Source: Mobula hypostoma (Eukaryota). Taken from it: 64,000 nt of DNA. The DNA lies in the NCBI RefSeq assembly GCF_963921235.1, contig NC_086097.1, positions 204,974,001-205,038,000 of the forward strand, given 5' to 3'. Of this stretch, positions 26,046 to 40,139 are shown piece after piece. The translations under genes were made by a program, and so were the position numbers. Under the pieces are notes generated by a model. That model had not been told where the DNA came from and did not search any database. It worked only from the letters and a program-made list of their open reading frames with translations. Numbering within the stretch: position 1 is the stretch's first letter; every line of letters begins with the position of its first letter.

Positions 26046-26771
26046 ACGACAAAGAGATCTAGGTGTTCTTGTACATCAGTCACTGAAAGCAAGTATGCAA
26101 GTACAGCAGGCAGTGAAAAAAGCTAATGGCATGCTGGCCTTCATAACAAGGGGAATTAAGTATAAGAGCAAAGAGGTCCTTCTGCAGCTGTACAGGGCCC
26201 TGGTGAGACCACACCTGGAGTACTGGGTGCAGTTTTGGTCTCCAAATTTGAGGAAGGACATCCTTGCTATTGAGGGAGTGCAGCGTAGATTCACAACGTT
26301 AATTCCTGGGATGGCGGGACTGTCATATGTCGAAAGATTGGAGCGACTGGGCTTGTATACACTGGAATTTAGAAGGCTGAGAGGGGATCTTATTGAAACA
26401 TATAAGATTATTAAGGGATTGGACACGCTGCAGGCAGGAAGCATGTTCCTGCTGATGGGTGAGTCCAGAACCAGAGGCCACAGTTTAAGAATTAGGGGTA
26501 GGCCATTTAGAACGGAGTTGAGGAAAAACTTTTTCACCCAGAGAGTGGTGGATATATGGAATGCTCTGCCCCAGAAGGCTGTGGAGGCCAAGTCTCTGGA
26601 TGCTTTCAAAAAAGAGATGGATAGAGCTCTTAAAGTTAGTGGAATCAAAGGTTATGGGGATAAGGAAGGAAATGGATACTGATAGTGGATGATCAGCCAT
26701 GATCACAGTGAATGGCGGTGCTGGCTCGAAGGGCTGAATGGCCTACTCCTGCACCTATTGTCTATTGTCTA
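26046..26771 (+). mobile_element. Young CR1 3' fragment with open RT C-terminal frame
   Basis: ORF 26041..26682 (RDLGVLVHQSLK...RPHLEYWVQFWSP...FFTQRVVDIWNALP), a 3' UTR and a (ctattgt)n tail. Confidence 0.93.
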
Positions 26772-26789
26772 CTGACGATAAGGGGAACC

Positions 26790-28210
26790 AATGGAACTGG
26801 TGTATTTAGATCAATTAATTCCTGCACAAGATGGTTGGTCAACAAAATTACAGCACATCCTTTACTGACCAGTGCTAAAAGTTGTTTATTGGACAGAAAG
26901 CAAAGTGTGGAAATAAATGGGACTTTCTCAAGTTGCAATAACTGTGACTAATAGTGTCTTGGAAGGGTAACACTTGGTCCTCAGCTATTCACTGTCCATG
27001 TGAACAATTTATCTGAGAGAATCAGATGTCACATTCACAAGCTTGTGGATGGCATCTCTCTCAGGCAAATATCAAGGTCAACAGTGGCAGCAGCTGCCTT
27101 GTGACAGAGACCACTGGAGAACGCTGATCCAAGGAGCAGCCAAGAATTTTGAGGAATCCTGAGGAGCGACTGCTGAAGAGAAGAGGAGACGCAGGACGGA
27201 TCCTACTCACCAAGCACCCCCATCCCAGCTGTTCCCGTGTCCCTACCGCTCCAGAGTCTGCAGATCCAGAGTTGGCCTCTACAGTCACCAACGACAGTGC
27301 TGTTGCTCCTGAGGACTCTTCCTCCCTCCTGATTTTTGCAAGCAATGAGCCAGCCAGCAGTATGGCACAGAACTAAGTGAAACTTTTTGTAGGGGGAGAT
27401 TGTGGGGAGATTTCAGGAAGATATAAAGTTAAGTGATTGGATGAGAACATGGCAGGTGGAACTTAACACAAAGATCCATAAGGTGCATAAAAGAACATTT
27501 TAAATCATTATAGATTAGGAAATATTGGTGTCTAAAGAGACCTAAGAATCTTTGTACCAAAGTTGTTGAAATCTGCAGGAAATCATTAGTAAAGTATGTA
27601 GTCTGTTGGCATTTACTGGGAGGATTTGTGTTTTCAATGTAAATAAGTCTTCTTGCAGCTATATTGGGCCTTGGTAGGAGTGAGTACTCTGTACGGTTTT
27701 GTTCTCCATACCTGACAACAAGGATAAAATTGCATTTGAAGAAGCATTAAAGAGAATGACCATACAAGGAAAGATTAAGTAGATGATGCCTATATTCTTT
27801 GGAGTTTGAAAGAAAGAGAGGTGTTCTCATTTAAATCTACAATATCCTCACAGGCTTGACAGGATGCGTGGAAGAAAAAAGACCAGGAAATCTGAAATAA
27901 AAACTGAAATATTCAATGCACTCAGCAGGTCAGACACAAATATGGAAAGAGAAAAGAGTGAATGTTTCAGATTGAAGGCTCTACATCAGAACAAACTATG
28001 TTTTTCTAGAATCTAGAATCAAAGCTCACAGTCTGAGAATAGAGCTAGGCTGAAATGAGTAGGGTGGTGAATCATTAGATTTCTTTATCTCAAAAGAATC
28101 TTTAGATATTCAAAACAATGAGTTCATTCAAATGAAAGGTACCTAATTTTCTGCAGGTTAAAGGAATCATGAAATGTGACAACAGTACACCAAAATTGGA
28201 CTGAGATGGA
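26790..28210 (+). mobile_element. Very old CR1 RT remnant with RTE and Penelope-like insertions
   Basis: Degenerate motifs LDRKQSVEING, LGPQLF and LQLYWALV, plus YSLEF-like sequence at ~27790. Confidence 0.55.
27055..27362 (+). mobile_element. RTE-clade LINE 3' fragment with C-terminal zinc-finger-like motif
   Basis: A + frame reads WQQLPCDRDHWRTLIQGAAKNFEES*GATAEEKRRRR...FPCPYRSRVCRSRVGLYSHQRQC, followed by a (gcca)n tail. Confidence 0.8.
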
Positions 28211-28213
28211 GTG

Positions 28214-31200
28214 TCATAGTCATAGAAAACTCTAACACAGAAACAGGCCCTTCGGCCCATCCAGTCCATGCCGAGCCATTTAAACTGCCTACTCCCATCA
28301 AACTGGACCCAGACATAGCTCTCCATACCGCTCCCATTCATGTAACCATCCAAACTTCTCGAACGTTGAAATCAAAGTCACATCCACCACTTGTGCTGGT
28401 AGCTCATTCCACACTCTCACCACTGTATGATTGAAAAAGTTTCCCCTCATGATCACCATAAAAATTTCACTTTTCACCTCTGATCCCACCCACCCTCAGT
28501 GGAGAAAGCCTGCTTGCATCTACCCTATCTATACCCCTCATAATTTTGTATACCTCCATCAAATCTCCCTTCATTCTTCTACGTTCTAGGAAATAAAGTT
28601 CTAACCTATTCAATCTTTCCTTATAACTCAGGTCCTCCAGCCCTGGCAACATCCTTGTAAATTTTCTCTGTACTCTTTCAATCTTATTTACATTTCCTGT
28701 AGGTGGGTGACCAAAGCTGCACCCAGCACTCCAAATTATGCCTCATCAATATCTTATAAAACTTCAACATAACAACCCAACTCCTGTACTCAGTACTTTA
28801 ATCTATGAAGGACAATGTGTCACAAGCTTTCTTTATGACCTATTCTACCTGTGCCACCATGTTCAATGAACTAAGGACCTATATTCCCAGATCTCTTTGT
28901 TCTACAGCAATCCTCAGTGATCTACTCTTCACTGTGTAAGACCTACTGTGGATGGTCCACCCAAACTGCAACACCTTACACTTGTCTGCATTAAATCCCA
29001 TCTTCCACTTTTCTGCTCATTTTTCCAGCTGGTTTAAATCCCACTGCAAGCTTTGATGGTCTTTCTAGCTGTCCACTACACCCCTAATCTGAGTGTCATT
29101 CGCAAATTTGCTGATCCAGTTAACCACATTATCATTCAGACTGTTGATATAGATGACAAAGAACACTGGAAACAGCGTCGACCTTTGGGACACTCCACTA
29201 GTCACAGGCCTCCAGTCAGAGAGGCAACCATCTACTACTCCTCTTTGTCTTCTCCCACAAAGCCAACATCTAATCCAATTTACTACCTTATCTTGAATGC
29301 TAAGCAATTGAACATTCTTGACCAACCTCCCATATGGGACCTTGTCAAATGTCTTGCTCAAGTCCATGTAGACTATATCCGCTGCTTTGCTGGCAACTTT
29401 CCTGGTAACTTCCTCGAAAATCTCTATAAGATGTTTAGGCACTACCTACCACACACAAAGTCATTCTGACTATCTAATCAATCCCTGTCTATCCAAATAC
29501 TCATATATCTTGTTTCTTAGTTTACCTTCCAATAACTTTTCTACAACAGATGTCAGGCTCACTAGCCCATAACTGTCATGGTCTATTCTTAGTGCCTTTC
29601 TTAGACAACAGAATTATTTAGCTACCCTCCAGTCATCTAGCACCTCACCAGTCCTAAGGATGATTTAAATATCTGCTGCGCCCCCCCCCCTGCAGTTTCT
29701 GCGCTTGCATCCCACAGGGTATGAGGGAACACCCTGTCAGGCCCTAGGAATTTATCCACCCTGATTTACCTTAAGTTGGAAAATATCCCCTCCTCCGTAA
29801 TCTGTATAGGGTCCATGTCCTGTCACTGCTTTGCCTCACTTTTATAGACTCTACTTCCATTTAAAATCTTCCCTCCCCCCACCGCCCTATCTCTCTTGGA
29901 TCTTATTTTCCTTCCTGTGTTCCTTTGCACTTCTTACACTCAAGTACTTCACTGTTCCTAACTGCCTATATCCACCTTCATTTTTTTTTCTTAACCAGGG
30001 CCTCAATATCTCTCGAAATCCAAGGCTCCCTAGGCCTGTTCTCCTTGCCTTTTATTCTGACAGGCACACACAAGCTTTGTACTCTCAGACTTTCACTTTT
30101 GAAGGCTGACCACCTACCAAGTATACATTTGCCAGAAAACAGACTTTCCCAATGCACACTTGCCAAATTCTGTCCGTTACCAGAAAAATTGGCTTTTCTC
30201 CAATTTAGAATCTCAACCTCAGGAACAAACCTATCCTTGTTCATAATTACATTGAAACTAATGACATTATGATCATTAGATGCAAACTGTTCCCCATGAA
30301 GTACTGTCACTTGTCCATTCTCTGATAGGAGATCAAGAATTGCACACTCTCTTGCTGGGACTTCTATGTACTGATTAAAGAAACTTTCCTGAACACATTT
30401 GACAAACTCTGTCACTTTTACAGTATGGAAGTCCCAGTCAATATGTGGAAATTAAATGTCATCGTTGATCACAACCTTGCTTCTTGCAGCAGTCTGCGAA
30501 CTCTCTACAAATTTCTTCCTCTAAATCCTGCTGTTGGATGGTCTATAATATAGCCCTATTAATCTGGTCATACCATTTTTAGTCCTCAGTTCCACCCATA
30601 ACACTTCACTAGATGAGTTCTCCAGTCTGTCCTGACTGAGCACTGCCATGACACTTTCCCTGTCTAGTAATGCCACCCCTCTTCCTTTAATCTGTACTGC
30701 TTTAACAATCTAAATTTTAAAAAAAATCTGGAATACTTAGCTGCCTGTCCTTCTCCTCCTGCAACCAAGTCTCTCTCATGGCTACAATATCATAATTCCA
30801 TTGATCCATACCCAAGGTCATCTTACTTTCCTACAATAGTTATTGCATTAAAATATATGCAACTCAGAACATTAATCCCACCCATGCTCAACCTTTTGCT
30901 TCCTGACTTTGTCTGAGGTCTTAACAACATCTGTCTCCACAACCACTGTTCTGTTCTGGTACTCTGGTTCCCATCCGCCTACAACTTTAGTTTAAACCCC
31001 AACCTGCAGCTTTAGCAAACCTCCCATTAGTATATTAGTCCTCTCCAGTTTTAGTGCAAGCCATCTCTTCTATACTGATTCCACCCAACCTCCCTGAAAG
31101 GGAGCCCAATGATTCAAAAATCTGAAGCCCTCCCTCTTACACCAACTTCTTAGCCACGTGTTAAACTGTATGATCTTATTTCTGGCCTCACTAGCACATG

Positions 31201-32560
31201 GCATGGGTAGCAATCTTGAGATCACAACCTTGGACTTCCTGTCCTTTAACTTAGCACCTAATTCTCTGAACTCATTTTGCAGAACTTCATCCCTCTCCCT
31301 ACCTGTGTCATTGCTACCTATGTGGAGCATGATCTCTTACTACTCAAGCATGCTGAGAATCTGAGATGTCTCGGAACCTGGAAGTTGAGAAGCAAAATAT
31401 CATCCAGGATTCTTGTTTTTTTTTCCCCCCACAGTACCTCCTTTTTGTTTCCTTAACTATTGAATCCTCTATTACCACAGCTCGCCTCTTCAAGTCGTCA
31501 AGTCACTTTTTATTGTCATTTCGACCATAACTGCTGGTACACTACATAATAAAAATGAGACAACATTTTTCAGGACGATGGTGCTACATGAACCATACAA
31601 AAACTATGCTGAAATACGTAAAAAAACAACACAAAACTACACTAGAGTACAGACCTACCCAGGACTGCATTAAGTGCATAAAACAGTGCAGGCATTACAA
31701 TAAATAATAAACAAGACAATAGGCACAGTACAGGGCAGTAGGCTGGTGTCAGTCCAGGCTCTGGGTATTGAGGAGTCTGATGACTTGGGGGAAGAAACTG
31801 TTACATAGTCTGGTCGTGAGAGCACGAATACTTCGGTGCCTTTTGCCAGGTGGCCGGAGGGAGAAGAGTTCGTATGAGGGGTGAGTAGGGTCCTTCATAA
31901 TGCTGTTTGCTTTATGGATGCAGCGTGTGGTGTAAGTGTCTCTAATGGCGGGAAGAGAGACCCCAGTGATCTCTTCTACCCTTTCTCTCCTGAACCACTG
32001 AGGCAGAATCAGTGACAGAGTCCTGACTGCTGTGACTTTCCTCTGCTATGTCATTCACCCTCCCAACAGTAATCAAATTGGTATACTGGTTGTTAAGGGG
32101 ATTGGCCACTGGGATACTCTCCATAACCCCTTTCACCCTCCTGTCTGTCACCCAGTTCCCTGTGTCCTGCACCTTGGCTATAACTACCTCTGTATATGTC
32201 CTGTCTGTCACGCCCTCAGCCACTGATTGATCCAGAGTTCATCCAGTTCCAACTCCACCTCTTTAACACGAAGGGTTAGAGGTTGCAACGGCATGCATTT
32301 CTTGCAGATGATGTTGTCAGGGACACTGGAGGCCTCCCTGCCTTCCCACGTCCTGCAAGAGCAGCATTCAACTATCCTACCTGACATCCCTACTGCTCTA
32401 ACTATGCAATTAGAAAGAAGGAAACAGTAAATAAACTGGAAAAAAATCTATCTTCAGCTTTTCATCTCTCACTCATGACTCTCCTTGTTGAAGCCTCGAA
32501 GAACTAAAGCCTCAAATACCACTCTAACAATGGCTGATCCAACGAAGACTCCATTTGCCC
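28214..32560 (-). mobile_element. Near full-length degenerate CR1 (ORF1 zf/lz + esterase, ORF2 EN + RT, 3' tail)
   Basis: ORF1 start at 32387: MSGRIVECCSCRTW...ICKKC...RVKEVELELDEL. Esterase HIGSND...NTWLRSWC (31070..31330), EN/linker (29978..30415), RT (29065..29442) and a (tcatag)n tail at ~28214. Confidence 0.9.
31491..31970 (-). mobile_element. Rex1/Babar-type 3' fragment inserted in CR1 ORF1
   Basis: Tail caagtcgtcaagtc; reverse-complement peptide IMKDPTHPSYELFSLRPPGKRHRSIRALTTRLCNSFFPQ; ctcttc occurs on both flanks. Confidence 0.82.
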
Positions 32561-33348
32561 CTGCTTTATTTTAATCCGTACTTGCTGTAGTCTTGATGGA
32601 TGGTGCAGTAAACTTAAAGGAACAGATGGCCTACTCCTCCTATTGCTTATGAACCAATGCTTAGAAATCACAAGTGACGACTATTTCTGATGTAAACTAC
32701 AGCCAGTAACCAGCTGAATGAAGAGCAGGAGAGCAAAATCAATCTGAGCCAATAGAAGTAAGGGCAGGTTTTCTACTGTTTTATTCACTATTCACACTTT
32801 AACAACAGTGTAGAATTTAGTTGTTACTATTGTTGGGGACTTAATATGATAACACCCGAAGACAAATCCTGGATTTAAGATGCGCAATTATCCCATGCCC
32901 ACTGAGGAAAATACAGCTCGCACACAGACTTCATTTTTTTTGTTCATTCAGCAGTCCAGCTTGATTATGGATAGTGCATGCTGCACAAAATATTGGTCCT
33001 CTGCTGGTGCATCCAACATTGAATAAATACATTCACGATTGATAGCATATAACATCACAGGCAGTATAATTTGAATGTCAAGCACCAGTTATAGTCAAGC
33101 TGAAATGATTACTGTCAGCCTGTACTACTTAAAGGGAAAATATGTTGTTGAGGGATAGTTGGATACAGATATTTTCTGTGCGGCTCATCCTGAAAACATG
33201 GAAAAATACCAGATGAGATTGAGTTCAAAGGTTTTGGAGGTGAAAGAACAATGAGGATTCTGCATCTGTGGGTCACCAATAGGCCCTTGAAATACTTCTG
33301 AAGAGTAGAAGTGGGAAACTATGGAGATTTGTTTTGAGTTCTATCCTG

Positions 33349-34790
33349 AGACCATAAGGCATAGGGGCTCACTCTGTCTGCTCTGCCATTCAATCACGCC
33401 TGAGTTCTTATCCCTCTCAACCCCATTCTCTTGCCTTCATCCCATAACCTTAGATGCCCTGATAAATCAAGAACCTATCAACCTCTACTTTAAATATACC
33501 TAGTGATTTGGCCTCCCCAGCCTTCTGTGGCAATGAAATGCACAGATTCACCACCATCTGGCTGAAAAAATTGCTCCACATCTTTGTTCTAAAGAGACGT
33601 CATTCTATTATGAGTTGTGGCCTCTGATCCTAGACTCCCCCCCCATAGGAAACATCCACTCTATTGAGGTCTTTCAATATTCAATAGGTTTCAATGAGAT
33701 CCCCCCCCCCACCCTCATTCTATTCCAGGAAATACAGGCCCAGAGCTATTAAATGCTTCTCATACAATATGCTAACCCTTTCATTCAAGGGACCATTCTC
33801 GTGTACTTCCTCTAGACTCTCTCGAATACCAGCACTTCTTTTCTTAGATAAAGGGCCTAAAACTGCCTACAGTACTTCACGTGCAGACTGACCAGTGCCT
33901 TAAAAAGTCTCAGCATCACATCCTTGATCTGAAATTCTAGACCTCTCAAAATGAATGCTAACATTGCATTTACCTCCCTTACACCAAGCCAAACTGCAAT
34001 TTAACCTTAGGGAATCTTGCCAAGTCTCTTTGCACCTCTAACTTCTGAATTTTATCCCTGTTTAGAAAATAGTCAATGTTTTTATTCTCTCTACCTAAGT
34101 GCGTGACTATATACTATCCTACGCTATATTCCATTTGCGGCTTCTTTGCGCATTCTCCCAATCTGTTCAAGTCCTTCTGCAGACTCCCTGCTTCCTCAAC
34201 ACTACCCACTTCTCCACGTATCTTTGTATTTTCTGCAAACTTCACCACAAAGCCATCAATTCCTTCATCCAAATCATTGATATAAAACGTGAAACAAAGT
34301 GGTCCCAACACTGACCCCTGGTGAACACCACTAGTCACTGGCAGCCCGCTAGAAAAGCCCCTTTTATTCCCACTCTTTGCCTCCTGCCAGTCAGCCAATC
34401 TTTTATCCATGCTAGAATCTTTGCTGTAATACCCCGGGCTCTTCGCTTGTTTAGCAGTCTCATGTGCGGTACCTAGTAAAAGGCCTTCTGAAAATCCAAG
34501 TAAGCAAGGTCCATTGACTCTCCTTTATCTACCTGGTCTGTTATTTCTTCAAAGAATTCCAACAGATTTGGCAGTTAGGATTTCCTTTGAGGGAAACCAT
34601 GCTGACTGACCTATTTTATCACATTCCTCGAAACCTCATCCTTAATTATGTGCACTCTAACATCTTCCCAAACTCTAAAGTTAGGCAAACTGGCCTATCA
34701 TTTCTTGTCTTTTACTTCCCTCCCTTCTTAAAGAGTGGAGTGATAGTTTCAATTGTCCATTCCTCTGGAACCATTCCCAATTCGAGGGAC
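33349..34790 (-). mobile_element. CR1 3' portion (RT), degenerate
   Basis: ORF 34114..34410 contains VTSGVHQGSVLGPLCF and KFAENTK; 3' UTR at ~33350. Confidence 0.87.
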
Positions 34791-34978
34791 CTGGAAACAG
34801 TGCCGCAAGGAGTTTAATGACCTCAAACATGAGTGAAGTAATAGAATTCATCTTCATCGGCCATGTCTGAATAACTGCAACATATGCTCCGATCCTGGTT
34901 GATTCATCATACTCACTTCTTGCCAATGATCAACAACTACAAAGTAGCTAATATCTGTATTTTTATATTATAGCTAAT

Positions 34979-35912
34979 ATAGAAACATAGAAACATAGAA
35001 ACATAGAAAATAGGTGCAGGAGTAGGCCATTCGGCCCTTCGAGCCTGCACCGCCATTTATTATGATCATGGCTGATCATCCAACTCAGAACCCAGCCTTC
35101 CCTCCATTCCCCCTGACCCCTGTAGCCACAAGGGCCATATCTAACTTCCTTTTAAACATAGCTAATGAACTGGCCTCAACAGTTTGCTGTGGCAGAGAAT
35201 TCCACAGATTCACCACTCTCTGTGTGAAGAAGTTTTTCCTAATCTCGGTCCTAAAAGGCTTCCCCTCTATCCTCAAACTGTGACCCCTCGTTCTGGACCT
35301 CCCCAACATCGGGAACAATCTTCCCGCATCTAGCCTGTCCAATCCCTTTAGGATCTTATACGTTTCAATCAGATCCCCCCTCAATCTTCTAAATTCCAAC
35401 GAGTACAAGCCCAGTTCATCCAGTCTTTCTTCATATGAAAGACCTGCCATCCCAGGAATCAATCTGGTGAACCTTCTTTGTACTCCCTCTATGGCAAAGA
35501 TGTCTTTCCTCAGATTAGGGGACCAAAACTGCACACAATACTCCAGGTGTGGTCTCACCAAGGCCTTGTACAACTGCAGTAGTACCTCTCTGCTCCTGTA
35601 CTCGAATCCTCTCGCTATAAATGCCAGCATACCATTCGCCTTTTTCACCGCCTGCTGTACCTGCATGCCCACTTTCAATGACTGGTGTATAATGACACCC
35701 AGGTCTCGTTGCACCTCCCCTTTTCCTAATCGGCCACCATTCAGATAATAATCTGTTTTTCTATTTTTGCCACCAAAGTGGATAACTTCACATTTATCCA
35801 CATTAAATTGCATCTGCCATGAGTTTGCCCACTCACCCAACCTATCCAAGTCACCCTGCATCCTCTTAGCATACTCCTCACTGCTAACACTGCCACCCAG
35901 CTTCGTGTCATC
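34979..35912 (-). mobile_element. Young CR1 3' fragment with open RT C-terminal frame
   Basis: ORF 35085..35963 is uninterrupted from DDTKLGG to the stop; (agaaacat)n tail at 34979-35008. Confidence 0.95.
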
Positions 35913-36254
35913 TATATTTTTATATCTATATACTATATTAGCTACTTTATAGTTCACCTTCATAGATTTAGCTTAACTGGAAACTTGAAATGGACTTTTT
36001 TTTTTCCCTTAAACTCACTTGTAATCCTGATCTGTGCCCACGCTACCTCCGAGGTTTTCTCCTTGGGCACTTCCAACCACAGACTGTGTTGTTTCCGTTG
36101 GTTTTACGCAGCGATAATTCATTTAAATGCATTAAGATATTTTTGTTGACTGTACTGGCCTTGGAAGCAGTTGTGCTTTTTAGCTGTAACAGGCTGAAAC
36201 GGGAATATTTAATTGTATCCATTGAGAGTACTGCTGCTACTCGAGTCACGCCTA

Positions 36255-36639
36255 GGCATCTCAGAAAGGCAGCATCCATTATTAAGGACCTCCAGCACCC
36301 AGGGCACGCCCTTTTCTCACTGTTACCATCAGGTAGGAGATACAGAAGCCTGAAGGCACACACTCAGCGATTCAGGAACAGCTTCTTCCCCTCTGCCATC
36401 CAATTCCTAAATGGACATTGAAGCTTTGGACACTATCTCACTTATTTTAATATACAGTATTCCTGTTTTTGCATGTTTTATAAAAATCTATTTACTTGTT
36501 TATTTATTATTATGTTTTATTTTATTTATTATTGATTTTTTCTTTCTCTGCTAGATTATGTATTGCATTGAACTGCTGCTGCTAAGTTAACAAATTTCAC
36601 GTCACATGCCGGTGATAATAAACCTGATTCTGATTCTGA
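36255..36639 (+). mobile_element. Rex1/Babar-type 3' fragment
   Basis: LRKAASIIKDLQHPGHALFSLLPSGRRYRSLKAHTQRFRNSFFPSAI, followed by a (ctgatt)n tail. Confidence 0.9.
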
Positions 36640-37160
36640 CTTGCTCACACTCACTGCACAACATTTACTGATACTCTTCCCTCTCACACAAAGTGGTGTG
36701 CAACCAGTTACACCAAGTACTAACAGACATATGAATGGCACGCCAAACCATTTTAATGTCCACAGAGGAGTTATTGCTACATTGTAGGAACAGCTATTCC
36801 TGATGCCAGTAGCAGGAGAGACGCCATTGAAGGACATTTTCCTTACAGCTGTATCAACAAGGCCTCTGTTACAATTCATCCCTCAGATTCTGACTATTCC
36901 TAATTGACAAATCTAAGCAAAAGAAGAAGGAGAGATAAAATAGGAAACATTAGATCACTTATCCTGAAATAAACTGTTAAAAAGTAATCAAGAACCTGTC
37001 ATAATGGATGTGGTAACTGAGCACTAGGAATAATCCATATAAAATGATGACACTTACAAAATTGAGTTATAAAGAGAAAATCATGTTTGGCAAATTTAAT
37101 TAAATTATTTTGAGGATGTAACAAAGTGGTTAATTGGTGGAAGTGTAAATGTAGAATGTA

Positions 37161-37384
37161 GACACAAGATATTTTGCAGATGCTGAAAATCTAGAGTAAC
37201 ACACACAAAATGCTGAAGGAACTCAGCAGGCTGCATTTATGGAAAGGAGTAAATAGTCGAGGTTTTGGGCCAAGACTCTTCACCAGTCCTACTGAAGGGT
37301 CTCAGCCTGAATGTTGACTCTATTCATTTCCGTACATGCTGCCTGACCTGCTGAGTTCCTCCAGCATTCTGTGTGTGTTACTCC
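37161..37384. repeat. Penelope-derived hairpin insertion
   Basis: Inverted arms (gagtaacacacacaaaatgctgaaggaactcagcagg / cctgctgagttcctccagcattctgtgtgtgttactc) with hammerhead-like remnants in the centre, flanked by the 14-bp direct repeat aaatgtagaatgta (37147-37160, 37385-37398). Confidence 0.78.
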
Positions 37385-38639
37385 AAATGTAGAATGTATA
37401 CACTTTTAAAAACCATTCAATGAAATTCCAGAGCAAGGTTGCAAAACTACAGTGATTGATTTGGTCATGTGCCTCCCATTGCAAACCTTAGGAAAGTCTG
37501 GAGGAAGAAGTTGGCTGGCGCAGTGGGAGAGAAGTGGGCCGGAGGAGAACTAGTGATCTTAGACCCAACCTGCACCTGAGGTCACATAAGGTATTGTGTA
37601 ATTAGTGGGAGATATTGGGCATCAAGGGATCAGTGAATTGGGAGCTTGGGCTTATCAAAGGGTAGGGAGTAACCGATAAATGGACATCAGATTTCTGAAT
37701 GTTCCATGAGCCCATGAATACTACCTCATTAATCCTTCTTTGGTGCTATTTATTTTGTAATTTATGGTTATTTTTATGTCTTTGCCCTGTACTGTTGACA
37801 CAAATCAACAGATTTCATGACATATAAGTGTGTGATAATAAATTGGATTCTGATATGCATTTGGCTTCTTGGATCAGTAACAAACTCAAACATAAATCCA
37901 TACTCACATATTAACCCAAACTGAGTGAAGTATTTATTACCTGGAAATGTGTACCCTGGCAGAAGCATAAATGTGCTATGTAGCAGCACAAGCATGTTTT
38001 AGTCTTGTCAGTGAAATATATTCCATTTCAGAGGCAAAGTACTACATGTCAGCACAGCCAAGAGCACATTTTGATCTCAGCATAAAATTTCCCCCTTTAT
38101 CAAAGCTTCAAATTAAAATGCTTTTTTAGCTGAGAGGTTTTGATTTATTGGTGAATCCACTATGGCTCCTCTTTCCCTGAATTTGTGAAGTGAACAATAA
38201 GAATGATTGTAACAGGATCCAGAGAATAATGGCTTATCATGATTTGTAATGCTGCTGTATCTTCTGAGAAGTAAATTGAACAATTTTGATCAGGACACGG
38301 GAATGCATTTTACTTCTGGTTTCAGCAAATAAAATGCATTCACAGGAATGGAAACAATTCAGTGGTAATTCTCAATGACTTTACAATATTGAATGATATG
38401 GTTGACTACAATAACAGACTTGAAAAAACCTTCAAGGTTGAATTTGTTGTCTGTTATCAAACTAAAGTGGTATTGAAGTTACCTTTTACTTCAGGTTAAC
38501 TTTAGTTAAATTCTTTTCTTGGTTAAGTATGATAAATGTTACTGTGCACTTCCAATGAAAATAATCTACGATCCTATGAAAGCAAAAGTTTCTGTTCTAG
38601 CTGAGACTGCATTTCTTATTAGTATATACAGTATATACA

Positions 38640-39065
38640 TAAAAAATAGGACCAGGGAAAGACAAATCAAGCGCGTTGAGTCTGTGCTACCATTTATCAG
38701 AATAATAGCTGCCCTGTTTTACTGCACAATCTCATATCCTTTCATTCCTTTACTATCCAGAAATCTAGTGATGGTTATTTTGAATGAATTCCAGGAATGA
38801 ACTTACACAGCCCACCAGAATAGAGGATTCCAAAGATACAGCAGTCTCTGTATGAAAATATTTCTGCTCCTCTCTGCACAACCTTCCCCTCATTCAGAGA
38901 TCAGAACCCTTATTCTAGATTACTTGACAAGGAAAACATGCACCCCACATCCACACCCTCCTGTAAGAATTTTGAAAGTTTTATTGAAATGTCCTCTCTT
39001 TTTTCCTAAAATCTTAAGAGTACAAGTCTAACTCACCCAATCTCATCTCATATAGCAACCCTGCA
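38640..39065 (-). mobile_element. Old CR1 3' fragment
   Basis: Degenerate reverse complement of a CR1 3' UTR and RT C-terminus (agaggattccaaagatacagcagtctctgtatgaaaata). Confidence 0.5.
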
Positions 39066-40139
39066 AGCCTTCCTCACACTCCCACCCCCACACCCCTCCA
39101 CTCCCCACCCACGGCTTCCCCATTTCTCAGTTCTTGAAGTGGACCAGTATTATTAGCCTTCATTGCATTCTGGAAGTCTAGCTCATGCCTAAAACATAGA
39201 AGTATTTAGGCCTCATTGCTTCAAATGTCAACTTTAAATTAATTCTTTAACATTCAGTATAATAACTGGTGTTAACTAGTCTCCACTGAATTTCACTTTC
39301 TTCCTTGAGGAAAGAACTCGTTCAATAAATAATTGTATAAGTACAACAAAACATGAACCAAAACCAATTACAGTTGCAAGTGACCCCCATGTTATGGGGG
39401 AGCTGATTCCTTGAAAATGGTCCATATTGTAATTTGAAACCATATCATCTGGATGCCCATCATGAAATGCAAGTTGAAACAATATTGCTTATTTTTTTCA
39501 CATAAATTACATGGAAGTGAATTTTTAATCCATATCCCTTATTTTTTGTGTGATTTGTGAATTCCTCAAGCATGAATTTCCTTTACCTGAACGACACTTA
39601 ACACAGGAGTTGCATGTAAATTGCTTTAAAGAATGAAACAATACATGTACTAATTCCATGGTTATACATTCCCGGGAGGAATATGTATTGACAGGGAGCA
39701 GCTTTTTAGGAGACTGAATATTGTTATAGATGTATGATAGGAACACATCAATAAATGTTCTCATTGTTCAGTGAGGAAAGAAACAAGATTAAAATTTCAA
39801 GACCTGCTGTGTTAGATAATCATGCCTGAGTGGTATTTTGAGCTGCCAGCGTGAGTTGCCTGTAGTTAACTTTTGGAGGAAATTTTAACTTTTAGGTAAA
39901 TTTTGCTGAAAGCCTGATTTCAAACTATTTTCTGATTTATGCACTCACTGTTTAGGAGATTTCCAGTAACTGTAGATGGACTTTATATAAGCTGTAAAAT
40001 CTTTTGGGACAACTTGCCTGAATTGTTAATGGACAGTCTAATAACACAATTCCAGTCTACCATCCTTCTGTCTCTCAATGTTTGTAGCTCCCTCATCTCT
40101 ATGTTTGAAGGACGTGAGTTCATGAATACATGCAATCAT

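Noticed and set aside
26076..26648. Long antisense ORFs over CR1 3' ends (also 35467..35748, 46906..47184, 56705..57124)
   Set aside because: These are shadow frames of the CR1 RT coding strand, recurring in every copy.
39276..39764. Two short minus-strand ORFs, one with a hydrophobic stretch
   Set aside because: No recognisable motifs; lengths are within chance expectation.
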